From the human T2T-CHM13v2.0 reference genome, Homo sapiens, in assembly GCF_009914755.1 (NCBI RefSeq), contig NC_060927.1: a stretch of DNA of 64,000 nucleotides, one strand, 5' to 3'. Both the position numbers and the translations under genes were made by a program. Below the pieces are notes generated by a model that saw nothing but the letters and a program-made list of their open reading frames with translations, was not told the DNA's origin and made no database searches. Of this stretch, positions 48,803 to 63,985 are shown one piece after another (the first letter of the stretch is position 1; the number at the start of each line of letters is the position of its first letter).

Positions 48803-50059
48803 TTAGAACCAAAGGTCAAAAGAGAAGTGTAAGTTCGAGATATAGATTTGAGAAAGTGAATGAAAAGCTCATGTTATGGGAACTATAAAGTAACAGCATT
48901 AAGGGGTGAATGAATGAGATTGTGACTGACAGCCTGGTTGATGACAGCTTGTTCAAAAATAATTCAAGGTGGCACAAAGTAAATAGGCAGAAGACAGAGA
49001 AACAGAGATTGTGTTGTAATTACTTTTGATTTTCTGTGATACCTTTTACCATTTGAAACAATGCCACACTCAGAAAAGTGATGTTTAAATAAAAGATAGA
49101 GGGGCATGGGCAGGTAATCAGATCATGTGTAAAGGAAAAGTAGTGACATTTGGCCTTTCCTTTTTGCCACCTTGATAGCATATTATTTTTTCTCCTGTTT
49201 AGATGTAAGTAATTAATGTATTAATTGCCTAAGACATAGGAAAATATAAGAGCCTTTGAGTCACTAAGACTAAAACAAAAAGAAGAAAAGTGAAAAAAAT
49301 GTTATCTAGTCTCACAGATTCCTTCTCTAGAAATAATCAAATGTCTGATTATCTTATTCCAAACCTTCAAAATAGCTTACCAATATTATTTATGTAAATT
49401 TCCTTGTTATCTTTTCACTGTTCCCTGGGTACTTCAAATTCCCTCCCGAGTAAACTTTCTAATACCCAGTTCTGCTCAAAGCAGCCCTAATTTAAAGCTT
49501 ACATCGTTGGACTATAGATAGGACTCAGGTTAAGTTTCAGGCCCTCCACAGTCTGGCCCAGCTTATTGTTTCCTCGTGTTTCACAGTTTTCCCTCAATCA
49601 CTTCACATTTCAGTTCACTAAACAACTTAGAATGTTGTCAACATTTCACATACCTTCTGTTCCCCAGGCCATTGCATATATCACTTTGCTTAGAATAGGA
49701 CATCCCACTTGTCCATCCAGCAAGCTGCCTTTTCTTTAAAGCTCACACAATTATTCTCTCCACTGTAGCTGAGTCCTTGCTGAGTTTCAGAGGGTAACTA
49801 GTTCGTGTGGTTTTCAAGATAGTTATACTAATACAAGCTGTTAATGGTCAGCTTTGCTGTGAAAACAAACCACCCAATAACTTGCTGTTATAAAAATGAG
49901 AGATTTATTTCTTGCTCATATTTTGTGAGAACTATGAATTCAGCAACCCTGTAGCAGGTAGCAGTCTGCTGTGGATTAACTTCCCTTGTCTTCTTCCTCT
50001 AGATATCAGATAGTGGTATTTCCATTAAGACATGTGAATCAGTTTAGTGATAGAAATTA

Positions 50060-51650
50060 AAGTTGGATTACTGTATAATGAAGGTAGTCATTTCTGAAAA
50101 GATGATTTTTAAAGCCAACATCTGAAGGACAGAGAGGAGCCGTCCTTATGAATATGGATGAGATGAGCATTCTAGGCAGAAGTAATAACAAATATAAGGG
50201 CTCTAAAACAGGAATCAGCCTGGAGTCCATGGCTGGAGAAAAGGGGAATGAAGACAACAGAAGATGAGGCAGAAATAGTAACCAAGAACTATGTATTTTT
50301 TTAAAACAACATGAAAATTTTAAATCTTATACTAATTGGAGAGCTATTGGATGATTTTAAGCTTTTGAGCAGGTGTGATAAAATATGATACATCTTTATA
50401 AAAGAACACTGGCTTCTAGGTAGTGAATGTATTGTAGTGGGGCAAGAGGAAGGAAAACATGGAAAAGCAGAGAGAAAAGTTATTAGGAACTTGTCGCAGC
50501 AATGTAGGCAAGAGGTAATTATGGCTTATACTTAGGTGGTGGCAGTGGATCTAGTGCATGTGAGGATGAAGGCCTCCCTTGAAAAGGGCAGAGACATTCC
50601 ATCTTAGTAACAGAGGGAAAGCAGAATATATTGGTTGTGGTAAAATGAGAGACTTCCCTTGCCAATGGCTTCTACTTCCTTAATACAGTATGTGACAAAG
50701 TCAACAGCTGAGTCTTAGTTAGGGGGAGGTTGGGTCATATTGGAATTTTGAAGAAAGAATAGAGGGAATAAAATAATTATTTGAAGGAGTAGGAAAAAAG
50801 TTTAGGGAAGTGTAGCAGAATTGCCAGGCAGCATTGAAGACTCATATTTGTCATCAAGAATTTATAGTGAGACAAGTCAATTTGGTTTTGTGTTTTCATT
50901 CATCAGTGTCCAATTCTCCAGGCAGTGATGGATGGTTAAATTTAACTACAATTCAAGACTACTACAACAAAGGAAGGGAAAGATGAGAAAGTCAGAAGTC
51001 TTGGCAAAGCAGTGTGTGTGATTCTGTATTACATAGTCTAAAGAAGGAAGGGAGGGATTAAGGAGAGTGAAGATATGATAGGGTCAATTGATTGAGGTCT
51101 CAAAGGAACTTTAAAAAAGTTGTAAAAATGCTAGACAACAGGTGAGCATGAAGCCTAGGAGGTGTGGGTGATAGGATAGAGGGTAGGAAGTTGAGCATTT
51201 TTTTTTTAGGTAGTGAAATTATAAGTGATTCCAAGGTGATAGGTGTTACCAAAGGACAAGATGGCAGAAGTAGGTATAAAACACTGTAATTGGTAATGAG
51301 GAAGTTTAAGACTGGAGTGACAAAATACTGAAATTTGGAAATGATATGTATGGAAGAAAAGAAGATAATAACTCAGGAACTAAAGTCTTCAGTCAATGAG
51401 GGGAAGTAACTTGAGAGTCAGAAAGTGAAAATGACCATGAAGAGTAACAGGTGGTAAAACCTGATGGCATGGACTGAAAATCTGGAGAAAAGAGTTTGTA
51501 AACAGTTTAGAAGTAGGAGAGAGAAAGGAAGAGAACACTCACTCTCTTTTAGAGCCTGAGACATGTGATATTTAAGAAAAGAAACAATCCCTTCTCCAAA
51601 GAACTGCATGGAACATAGTGATACTAGGTGAATGTTTAAATAAATTCAGA
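50060..51650 (-). mobile_element. L2 fragments
   Basis: Purine-rich plus strand with gcattctaggcaga and ttttgagcagg motifs typical of antisense L2. Confidence 0.55.
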
Positions 51651-53475
51651 TCTGTTGCTGATTAGAAATCATGGGTTCAAAATATATAGTAGAATGGTTT
51701 GGGAGGAGAAAAATTTGTTGAAAATCATGTCAGACAAGTCAAGGCATAGTTAATCTTGAGGATAGAGTTGAGATGATGATAATTTTGAAGAATAAATAAT
51801 TTTGAGGATTTTATTCTGGATGTACTTGGGTTTTTGAGAGGAAATGAGGTGACCAGGGATTTGTGGAATGATAGGAGGCAAAACTATCTGTCTATCATTT
51901 TTAGCCTGTAGGTTTCTAGAACTAGAAACATTTGATTTTTTTGGATAGCTTATATGGTTTTACAGCATCCAATTACATGTTTAATTGCGTCCTCATGTGA
52001 AATGCAGGATGCCCCTTGTGATGTTTTATAGGCCCTTCTGCAGATTTTTGAAGAACTGTTTCTATTAATTGAGGTTTTTTTTGACTTTATAGTTAATAAA
52101 CCTACATTTCATAAATTCCCCAAAAGAATATTTTTACACTGCCTGAATATATAATCTTCTATATCATCAGTCTGGACTCTGATGAATCTTTTATGATGTC
52201 TGGACATAGAGATTCATCTCAAAGAGTCGAGCAACTGAATTTAGTCTATTAAACATGAGCAGTTGCGTTTCAGTAACCATCAACTTCTGAAACATATTGT
52301 TTCAATAAATTTCAGATGTTTTTCAATTTGCTTTCTTTGTAATTTTTTTAACTTTGGAATGTTTTAAACTATAGAAAAGTGTAAAACATAATGTGTAAGA
52401 GACACATATATGGGTTCCTCTCTCAGATTTAACAATTTTTAACATTTTGCTTTTTTTGATTCAAAGTTCTCTTTTAAATAAAATATTATTATATGGCTAA
52501 ATCTTCCCCATTCCTAATCTCTTCTACCGTAAGTTGTGATAACTTTCTAACACTCTTTTTCCCATAACATAGTTTTAAACAATAGAATTTATACATTTAA
52601 TAATTTTTAATAATTTAGATAATTTCATACCATAATGTGTAGTAGGCAATTTGATGTTTCTACTCCAGATTACATCTGAGATTTCACAACCTCTCTTTAA
52701 GACCTAACCATATAATCTAGTCAAACTTATTTGTCAATGACCCTTCACAGCAACCTCAAATATCTCAGAAGTGGAGACATTTAGCGTCCTCCAAGGTAAA
52801 TCGCTTTTTTTCTTCTTTTTTTTTAATTTTATTATATTATTTCTAATGCCTGGAAAACTTTTCTCTATGTTAAAGCAAATTATATATATAATAATTTACT
52901 ACTATATAATAGTAGTAATAATTTATCTACTATAAATTTTTTAAAAATATATGTGTATATATATATCAAGGAAACTTAGCAGTTTACCTTTGGGATATAA
53001 TGACTGAGAAAGACTTCTTAAAATTTTATTAAGTAGTAACCCATAGAGAAAAACTACAATGAAATTAATTGTATAAAAAATAAGCTTATGATATCAACCT
53101 AAATGTCCATGAATGGTAGACTGGATAAACAAAACATGGTACATACATACCATAGAATACTATGCAGCCATTAAAAATATGAGGTCATGTGCTTTGTAGA
53201 AACATGGATGGAGCTCGAGGCCATTATTCTTAGCAAACTAACGCAGGAACAGAAAACCAAATACCGCGTGTTCTCACTTGTAAGTGGGAGCTAAATGATG
53301 AGAACACATGGACACATAGAGGGGAGCAACACGCACTGAGGCCTACCACAGGGTAGAGGTTTGGAGGAGGAAGAGGATCAGAAAAAATAACCAATGGGCG
53401 CTAGGCTTAACATCTGTGTGATGAAATAATCTGTACAAAAACAAACAAACAAACAAACAAAAACTACTCATGACA

Positions 53476-54341
<866 letters not shown>

Positions 54342-54882
54342 AAAAAAAAAAAAAAACACTCACAATAGAAGTTTACCTATATACCAAATCTGCACATGTA
54401 GCCTTGAACTTAAAATAAAACTTAAAAAAAAATTAAATAAATAAAGATTTGTGGTTCAACTAAGGACACCTTAGGCCCAATTAGTATGGCAAAAACTATT
54501 TTTGATGTTCAAATTTGACTAGAAATTCCCATATATTATAGTTACAAGTAATGTGACTATAACAGATAAATTTAAAAGGATATAAATTGACTGTTTACAG
54601 AAAAACAAAAACCAGCAAGCATGAGAAGAGATACCCAAAATCAATAGTGACCACATAAATACAAATTAAAGCTATAATAAGATGCCATTTTACCACTATT
54701 AGACTGATAAAAATTAGAATGCTGGATAATATCAGTATTGCTAGAAGGAGAGGACCCTTCATCCACTGCTGGCAAGATTAGAGAACAGGGCAGGTATTCT
54801 GGTGAGTAATCCTGTACCACTTAGGCAAATTAGGCATGGGAATAACTTTTGACAAAGCAATTCTTTTTTTGCGTACATATCC

Positions 54883-55423
54883 TGTGAGAGTTAATTTAAA
54901 ATGTCAACCTAAGGAATATCCACATAGCTGGTAAAGTATCATTTCTGTTTATGTCTGTGATGGTGTTTCTGGAAGAGACTGGCATTTGAATTAGTAGACT
55001 GAGTAAGGAAGATCTGTCCTCACCCAAGGTAGATCAGGAGCCATTTAATTGGCTGAAAGCCTGGCTAGAATAAAGAGGCAGAAGAAAAGTGAATTTGCTT
55101 TCATCCTCTCTTTCTTGGAGCTGGAACACTCTTTTTCTCCTTTCCTTGAGCATCAGAACTTCTGGTTCTCCAGCCGTTGGACTCAAGGACTTGCACCAGC
55201 AACTTCCTGAGTTCTCATGCCTTATGCCTCAGCCTGAGAATTATATAATCAGCTTCGCTGATTCTGAGGCTTTCAGCCTTAGACTAGGCCAGGTTACTTT
55301 CCTGTTTCTCTAGCTTGCAAAGCCTATTGTGAGACTTCTCAGCCTCCATAACTGTGTGAGGCAATTTCCCTAATAAGCCCTTTCTCATCTATCTATCTAT
55401 CTATCTGTCTGTCTGTCTGTCCG

Positions 55424-55471
<48 letters not shown>

Positions 55472-55555
55472 CCTACCTATCATATCTGTCTATCTTTCTC
55501 CATATCTACAGATACACCCTGTTGGTTCTCTCTCTAAAGTACCCTGGCCAATACA
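54883..55555 (+). mobile_element. ERVL MLT2-type solo LTR inside an old L1ME 3' fragment
   Basis: tgtgagagttaattt..aataca termini; gtagactgagtaaggaagatc; TSD tatcc/catct. Confidence 0.8.
55388..55481. repeat. Compound tetranucleotide STR (TCTA)n(TCTG)n(TCTA)n
   Basis: Read directly. Confidence 0.95.
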
Positions 55556-57236
55556 CATCTAAATAAATTCTCACATAGGTACAAAAAGGGACACATACAA
55601 AAATGTTTTTCATGGCTTGTTTGTAGTGGTGGTATGAGGAAGCAGGAAGGGTGGATGTTTGAGGCAATCCTGTTGCCCATCATTTAGGGACCAGATAGGT
55701 AAAGCGGGTAGATATCCACCATGGAGTATTATGCAGCAGTTAAGAGCAAAGGATTAGATACATACATAATATAACAAATGGATATTAGAATCATTAAGCT
55801 TGAAAAAAATTAAGAACTATAATATACAATATTATAACACTTAACATATGCTTTTCAAGAATAAAAAGAAAAAAATTCATATGAAACATGGTTGCCTATG
55901 GGGTAGAGTAAGAGTAGATCAATTATGAGGATAGAGGGAATAATTAAATGGATGAATCATGGTAAAAATCAGTGATGGAAAGGTGCTACAAACTGAATAG
56001 GGTAATTGACCCAACCCTTGGTAGTTACAGTTTCCAAAAAAGAAACCAAAACCCCTATTCTGTTCATTCCTTTGAAATCACAACAATTAGTTCCATCTTC
56101 CATACAATTATTCTATAAGTATTTGCTCTTCTCTTCTTCTGATTACACAACTATAATTGTTTCAACTCCCATGACATGGTTTCTAGACTATTTACTATTC
56201 TGTGAGGTCCTCTTTGGCACCCAGAACTGTATATAACTTCCAGATGTGGTCTGACCGTCAGAAACCGTCATATCTGGACCCTTTATATCTGATTAGGCAA
56301 GAGTTCTGGCTCTTTGGGGGACATATACCACGGTTTATTCAACTCTTCTATGTTTTCTTTCTTTCTTTCATTATTACTTATTTTCTCTATTTTATCTTCA
56401 ATGCAAATTATGTATTTACTTCTACATGTTTTTCCACACTTTCTGTCTCTACTCTTATGCTAGATGTTGTGCCAGGTCCTGGAGCTTTAGAAATGATCAA
56501 GGTGCAATCTTTGTCCTGAATGTATGGCAGAAGGTGTTTCTTCTGAAGGCATGCAAGAATCAGATGTATTTGGCCTTAATTGAGTAATCTGATTTCTTAT
56601 GTTTACTAAGAAATTACAGCAGTATCATTTCTCACCCCTACTGTTATTTTTAGTCGGCCATTATTCTTTTTGAAATCAATAGTCCTCTCTGAAGGGACAT
56701 TCTTCTTGATATGAAAACAAATGCATCTCTACTCCTTTTGAAAATGTTAAGATTTATCTCTAGAAAGTTATCTGCTGATAGCATTTTAATGTGCTAGAGA
56801 GGTCTTCTAACCCAGAAACTATTGGATTTTCAATTCCCAGTATTTTATGTGTTAAGGAAAACAATTCCATAAAGATTTAGAAGAAAAGAAGATAATTTAT
56901 AATTTTGTGAATTGCTTAATTCAGGCCGTGAGTCTTAGATTCTGGGACAGGAAAATGCTTTAGATGTAGTTCACAGATAACATTAAAAAATATGACGACT
57001 AAGACAATTCTTTTTTAATTTGATAAACCATAGTTTGTACATATTTCCCTCCCAAAGCCAATTTTGTGTATATAAAAGGCAAGCATATAAAAGCTTCTAT
57101 AGACACGAACAGACACATTGAGACTGCCTTGATTTCCCATCCAACTGTCTGAACTTAGGTAGAATGAAACTTTACCTTCTTCACTCCCTTCTCTAAGAAG
57201 AAGGAGGTGCCTCTCTTTATTTTAAAGGTGAATTTA

Positions 57237-57785
57237 AGCCAGGAGCAGTGGCTCACACCTATAATCCTGGAAATTTGAGACCAGCCTGTGCAACATAGTG
57301 AGACCATGTCTCTATAATTAAAAAAAAAAAAAGAATAAAAAATTAGCAATATTCACAATAACAAAGACATGGGATCAACCTAAATGTGTAGACTGGATAA
57401 AGAAAATGTGGTACACACACACCATGAAATACTACGCAGCCATACAAAAAAGTCATATCCTTTTCATCAAGGACACGGATGCAGCTGGAGGCCATTATCC
57501 TTGGCAAACTAATGCAGGAATAGAAACCAAATACCTCATGTTCTCACATATAAGTGGGAGCTAAATGATGAAAATACATGGACACAAAGTGGGGAAAAAC
57601 AGACACTAGGGACTCCTTGAGTGTGGAGGATGGAAGGAGACAGAGGATTGAAAACCTACCAGTCAGGTACTTATTACCTGGATGATGAAATAATTCACAC
57701 ACCAAATCCACATGGCACATAATTTACTTATATAAAAAAACCTGCAAGTGTTCCCCTAAACCTAAAACAAAAGGTAAAAAACATA
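57237..57785 (+). mobile_element. Deleted Alu left-monomer fragment joined to an L1PA 3' end
   Basis: gccaggagcagtggctcacacctataatcc..aaaattagc, then tattcacaataacaaagac..cctaaaacaaaagg. Confidence 0.75.
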
Positions 57786-58489
57786 ATAAATGTGAATTTT
57801 AAACACCTGAATGTCAACCTTTCTTGACATTGTACAATTCTTGTTCCACTTATTATTTCCTCCCTCCTCTTTACCTCCCAATTCTTTCTCCATTATTTTC
57901 TTTGACTATATCACTCCTCAAGTTTTTTTCTTCTTCACCCAGAAAACCGATAAGCTCTTTGAACCTACATCCTTCTCTGCATATAATGAGCACATTTTTC
58001 TCTTTCTCTTGCCATCCGTGCTTGCAGATTGCATTTCTAAAAATCTTTTCTCCCAATCATTCCATAGCCCACTGGTAGTTGTGCCAGAACCACTCCATTG
58101 AAACAAATAGTTTCCATTGCATCAACAAAGGCATCCCAAGTACTAATTTCAATGAATACTCTATAACATTTGTCTAAATTGGCAGTAGTATTGACCAATC
58201 TTTCCTTCCTAAAACTTATTTCTTCCATTGAGATCATTAACACCCAGTTTCTTTCTTAACCGTTCCCTCTAAAACTCCGTCAATAATTTTTCTTACTCTG
58301 CCCACCCTTGGTATCCTTCAGAGGTATTTTCCATTTTCTGTGCTCTTCTCACTTCTCCCCACTTCATAGTTTTAATTAGAATCTATAAATAAATGAATCC
58401 CAAATCTGTAAATTCAGACTGAATAGTTCTCCAAGCTCCATACAATTATACCTTAACTGCCTATCTGGATTGCCTACTGGGTATTTCTT

Positions 58490-59621
58490 TATTTAATTTT
58501 TAATTTTTTTTAATTTACTTATTTTAAATTGACAGATAAAATTGTATTTATCATGTAAAAACATGATGTTTTTAAGTACATATACATTGTGAAATGGTTA
58601 AATCTAGCTAATTAATATATGCATTATCTCATATGGTTATCTTTTTTTCCAATATTTATTTTAGGTTCAGTGGGTACATGTGCAGGTTTGTTACCTGGGT
58701 AAATTGCATGTTGCTGCCATTTTGTGTACAGATTGTTTCATCACCCAGGTAATGAGCATAGCACTTGATAGGCAGTTTTTCAATCCTCACCCTCCTCCCA
58801 CAGTCCACTCTCAAGTAGTCCTTGGTATCTATTGTTCCCTTCTTTGTGTCCATGTGTACTCAATTTCTAGTTCCCACTTGTAAGAGAAAACATGTGGTAT
58901 TTGGTTTTCTGTTCCTCTGTTAATTTGCTTAGGATAATGGCCTCTTGCTTCATCCATGTTGCTGCAAAGGACATAATTGTGTTCTTTTTTATGGCTGCAC
59001 AGTATTCTTGAACTTATTCCTTCTAGCTAACTGCAATTTTGTATCCTTTGATCAACTTCTCCACATCCCCCTCCTCCTGTACCACCCCAGACTCTGATAA
59101 CCACCATTCTACTACTCTCTATTTCTATGAGATCAACTATTTTTAGATTTCCCATGTGAGTGAGATCATATGGCATTTGTCTTCCTGTGCCTGGCTTGTT
59201 TCACTTAACATGCCCTCCAGGTTCATCCATGTTGTTGCAAAGGACAGGATTTTCTTCTTTTTCTCTGGCCTAATGGTATTCCATTGTGTAAATATACCAC
59301 ATTTTCTCTATCCATTCATCCATTATGGACACTTAGGGTGATTATATATCTTGCCTATTGTGAAGAGTGCTGCAATAAATATGAGAGGGCAGATATCTCT
59401 TCAACATACTGATTTCTTTATAAAATAAGTAAATAAATGTATGTATGTACACACACACACACACACACACAAAACTATAACATAGCAACTGCACCCAGTT
59501 GCTGGATCATATGGTAGTTCTACTTTTAATTTTTTGAGACACATCCATACTGTTTTCCATAATGGCTGTACTAATTTATATTCCCACAGTGTCCAAAATA
59601 TATAGGGAGTTCAAACAACTC
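58490..59621 (-). mobile_element. L1MA 3' end with nested L1PA 3' end (58,645-59,007) and short 5' inversion, inserted into L2
   Basis: T-rich head; L1MA 3' UTR antisense; TSD gatt(g/a)cctactgg(g/a)tatttct. Confidence 0.85.
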
Positions 59622-60209
59622 GATTACCTACTGGATATTTCTACCTGAACTCCAAAGGCATATCCCTGTTGAATGTTCAAATTATCAATAGACCTTTTGT
59701 CCTATTTTAAAATTAATTTTCCACCATAATCTCCATATGAATTATTAGTACCACCTACTACTTCAAACATGAAACCTGGAAATTATCCTTTACTATTTAA
59801 TCTTTCCTCCCTCAACCCCCATATCCAAACATTTCTCACATTTGTCAATTTTATTTTCCCAATTTCTCTTTGATATATTTCTCTCCATTTCTACCACCTC
59901 TACCTTAGCTCACAATTTCTTATTTCTCTAGAAATTTATCCGTAACACACTGTTTAACACATTGCAGTTTTGTGTTTAAGTACCTTTATTGGTGCACCTT
60001 GGCCTCGAGCTGCCGTTAGAGATGAGTTTCTCAATATCCTTGGAAAAATAACTCCCAGATCTTCTTTCTCATTCCAAATATTGCCAAAGTCTTAGCATGC
60101 TTGTTGCCAGAATCAACTCCTTTTCATCAAGAAAACTGAGTGTTACATAAAGATATATAGCATATAAATACTATATGTGATTACCAGATTTTAAAAAGTT
60201 ACATTCAGA

Positions 60210-60526
<317 letters not shown>

Positions 60527-61224
60527 TCAATGATGTATTTATATTCAGCTTGTGTCTTTTGGGGGTACAATGAAAGAATGTTTTGGTACGTTAATTGCTT
60601 TCTACCTCAGAAGCTGATCTCCCTAATCTTATCTAAGGGTACAATTTGAGATCACTTCCACAGAGAGTGTAGCAATAGAGTGACAAGGACAGTGGCAGCC
60701 CTTGACAGAAGGCTAATCTTCTCTTGGCTTCTGAGATGCATGTTCTAGAAAACAACGGGCTGTTGCTCTGACACAGACAATCCCACATTATCATTTATTC
60801 ACAAAAATACTATCCATGAGGGGAAGAAACTGTAAAAAGAACTAATTACAATTGTGAGGCCACATTCTTCAGACAATTAGCACATCACGGGGGTGTATAT
60901 TTTACTCCAAATACCAGATGGGCTAATGTGAGAAGCTTTGCATTTTGAGGAAATGGCAAAAGGCCTAAGAGTGAGAAACTGTCACTTTAAATTGCTTTTC
61001 TTTAGAAGAAAGTGTGAGAGGAAAAAGAAAACGTGAATATAAACAAGCAAAGTCTAATGGGGTCTCTGGGCAGATAATTCTAACAGGTAATAGGAAAGGA
61101 AAAATGAGAAAATCCTCAGTTTATTTCACCCTAGTTATAGCAACACTTCTTTACTGAGATTCCAACTCTAAAAGTAATAATACGAATTTGGGAAATTATA
61201 AATATATAAAACACTGATTTTTTA

Positions 61225-61400
61225 CACCTTGTCATTCTCACAGCAAATGCATAGACAATGCATATATTAGTTATTTTTGTATTCAAAGGGAGAAATGGAA
61301 TCTCAGAGAGATTGAGTGCCTTGATGAAAGTCAGCTTGTAAGTGGTAGGACTTCAACTCAATTTCAGAGCTTCTGACTCCAAATTCCAGGCCCTCATTCT
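61225..61400 (+). mobile_element. MIR fragment
   Basis: Core gagaaatggaatctcagagagattgagtgccttg..ttctgactccaaa. Confidence 0.55.
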
Positions 61401-62699
61401 TTCTATTGAGTGACAGAATCTGAGTAACAATTCTGCTCTAGGCTTTGAACTCTAAGAGAAAATTTAGCTTCATAAATATTCTTCACTCCAAAGAACAGCA
61501 AAGGTCAGCTTACTCAGTGTGTTCTGTTGATCCGACCTGGCAGGACATTGCCTCAGTGCTTCCAAGTCTAAGGAAGCTTAACCATAACTAAATAACGCCT
61601 TAAACAAGGCTTACCCAAGGATGGCTTCTCCAGAACTCTAATGATGCTGATGCAGACAGTTATGGAAGAAGCTCCTGCTTTGTTGCAATGATGTTCTCAT
61701 TTAGTCTTATTAAAATAAATCTCCATAATTTATTTTAAATAATTTATGTCTCAAAGGCACCAACAGAGGAGAACAATTTATGTGCGGCTCTGAAAAAGTT
61801 CGCAGCAACTGTTTCTTTTTCTTTCTTTTTAAAGAAGCTGCTTATTTAATCTGTTTTGGTTGAATGACATTATTGAATTTGAACTTTTAGGTGCTCTTCA
61901 TTTCATCAGTCTCCAGACCCTGTAAAATTAATTAGTGAAAAAATGTTCCTATTTTTTTTTTTTTTTTTTTTTACTAGTGCATTAGCCCTGAGAGGCTAGG
62001 CAAGAAGCTCCCAAATCAAAATGGGCTATCTGGATTGCTAAACTTATTATACTCATTTACAACTCACTGACTGTTTTTGTTCCAGTTTCTCTGGCTAACA
62101 TTCCTTTCCCCCATTTCAAATGCTACCCTTAGTGGAAAATTCGCCAAAGTTGCTACCTTCCTTTTGAAGCACTCCCATATTCCTCTTGCTGTGAGTCATA
62201 ATTCTCAACTCTACACTCCCACACTAAGCATATTCTCTGTATAAGAATATGCTTAAAATATTCTATTGTACAATATTGTACAATGTTGTATAATACGTAT
62301 TGTATAATATTGTTACTTGTGTCTGTCTTTTCCTCTATTACGTTGATTGAATTGTGTTTGTACCTAGTAATCAATCCAGCGTCATGTAAATGGTTGATTC
62401 TCAATAAATGCCAATTGTATGAATAAAGTGGAGAAATGATGCCATATTTCTGAAAGATAGGTCTACTGCCTTGAATCTCAACTAGCCTAATTGATTTTTC
62501 TGTTTTTAGAGATGGAATTCATGAGCACCTTCTTGAGTGGTAGAGGTGTGGTTTTACATTCATTAACTCCCTTGCCTTCCATTATAGAGGACTACACATT
62601 TAGAAAGACATAAATAGGAGGCAAACGTATTTGGCTAATGCTGGAAGCACAAATTCACTTCCTGAAACTTTCTTTGTTGCATGAAACCCTCCAGGAAAT

Positions 62700-63430
62700 A
62701 AACGACTTATGCTTTCCCCAACCTACCATGTCTATTCACAGCTTTGTCATTTGTATATGCTATTCACTCTGGGTGATGTTTTCTTTCCTCTGCTATCCAG
62801 TGATTTTTGTATTTTAAGACTCAGCTCATATGTCACCCCCTATGCAAATTCCTCCCCAATTACCTAGAATTAAAGATTTGGATCTTTTTTAATGCTGTCA
62901 GAGCACTCTGGAGTTACCTCTATTAGAAAACTGTTACCCTGTTTTGTACTTTGTGGTTTGCATACCTGTGTCTTTCCATAGACTACGAGTTTCCCTGAGA
63001 GAGCAACCATGTTTTCTTTCTCTTTCAGTCTACAAAGATATCTCCACCTTTATCTTCAAATATAAGGTGTAAACTGTCACAGTTTTTGGATAGTCATAAA
63101 CTGAGAAAGCATAGGACCAGAGACATAATTAATACTTAGTAACTACTTAATGAATCAGTGGTTTTTATTAAGATAAATTATTAATCAGCTCTATATGGGA
63201 AGCACCTTACTAAGTACTGATAGAGAATAAAAAATGACTCAAACAAGGCCAAGTGATGTAAAATCACCCAGTAGGGGACCAGACCAAGGGACATGAGGAT
63301 GGAAAGAATAATTGGAGCAGGAATCTGAGCTGTGCCTCAGAAGATGAGACTTTCCACGGATGGAGAAGGAGTGGGGTTGCGGCGGGAGAGACAAGGCTAT
63401 TCCAGGATGCAAAAACAGCAGGATATCATA
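62700..63430. mobile_element. L2 fragments (plus, then minus)
   Basis: taagactcagctcatatgtcacc; ctattccaggatgcaaaaacagca. Confidence 0.45.
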
Positions 63431-63867
63431 GGATGCTTTCCTGAATTGAGTTAAAGATAAACTCTATTAAATGTAAACAAAGCTGCATGAATTTAAAGGA
63501 AACAATGCATACTGCATTAAAGTAGATTAAAACTAGAGACAACCCTCTGAGAGCCAAAATGTGTTCAGTGCAGTTTGAAATTAACTTAGTACATAAAAAT
63601 TCAGACAAATTGTCAGAGAAGACAGAATAACATTGCCCTGGCATGCTTTAACCTTTCTTACTTAAAACAACAAGTAGCTGGGCATACAATCACCTTTTTG
63701 CATTAACTTACGTTATTAATTGAGAATCATTATTAGAGCTTAAACTGAATACCAGCGTTGGAAAATGTGATTCAAGCTTGACTTGACATTTTTTTAAGTC
63801 ATCCTGCCTGTGAGGGGCAGGATGGAGCTTTCCCTTTGCTCTGCTCTTTAAGGTGAGGTGAGATCCT

Positions 63868-63985
63868 TCAACAGGGTGATGAACACCTCTCTGGTTTCCT
63901 AGAGAAGCCTAAGACCACGCCATGGCCAGGGCGCATCAGAAAATGTAGGTCAAGCTGTGCTGAGTAAAAGAGTGTTTTCACTGGG
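63868..63985 (-). other. Possible terminal exon of a minus-strand gene lying to the right of the window
   Basis: Minus-strand acceptor tctttcttgtgtag; frames PSENTLLLSTA* or PVKTLFYSAQLDLHFLMRPGHGVVLGFSRKPERCSSPC*; non-repetitive, GC-richer sequence. Confidence 0.25.

Noticed and set aside
51966-52073. Further exon-like segment (HPITCLIASSCEMQDAPCDVL*)
   Set aside because: Weak donor, and its best frame is not phase-compatible with the 47.7-kb segment.
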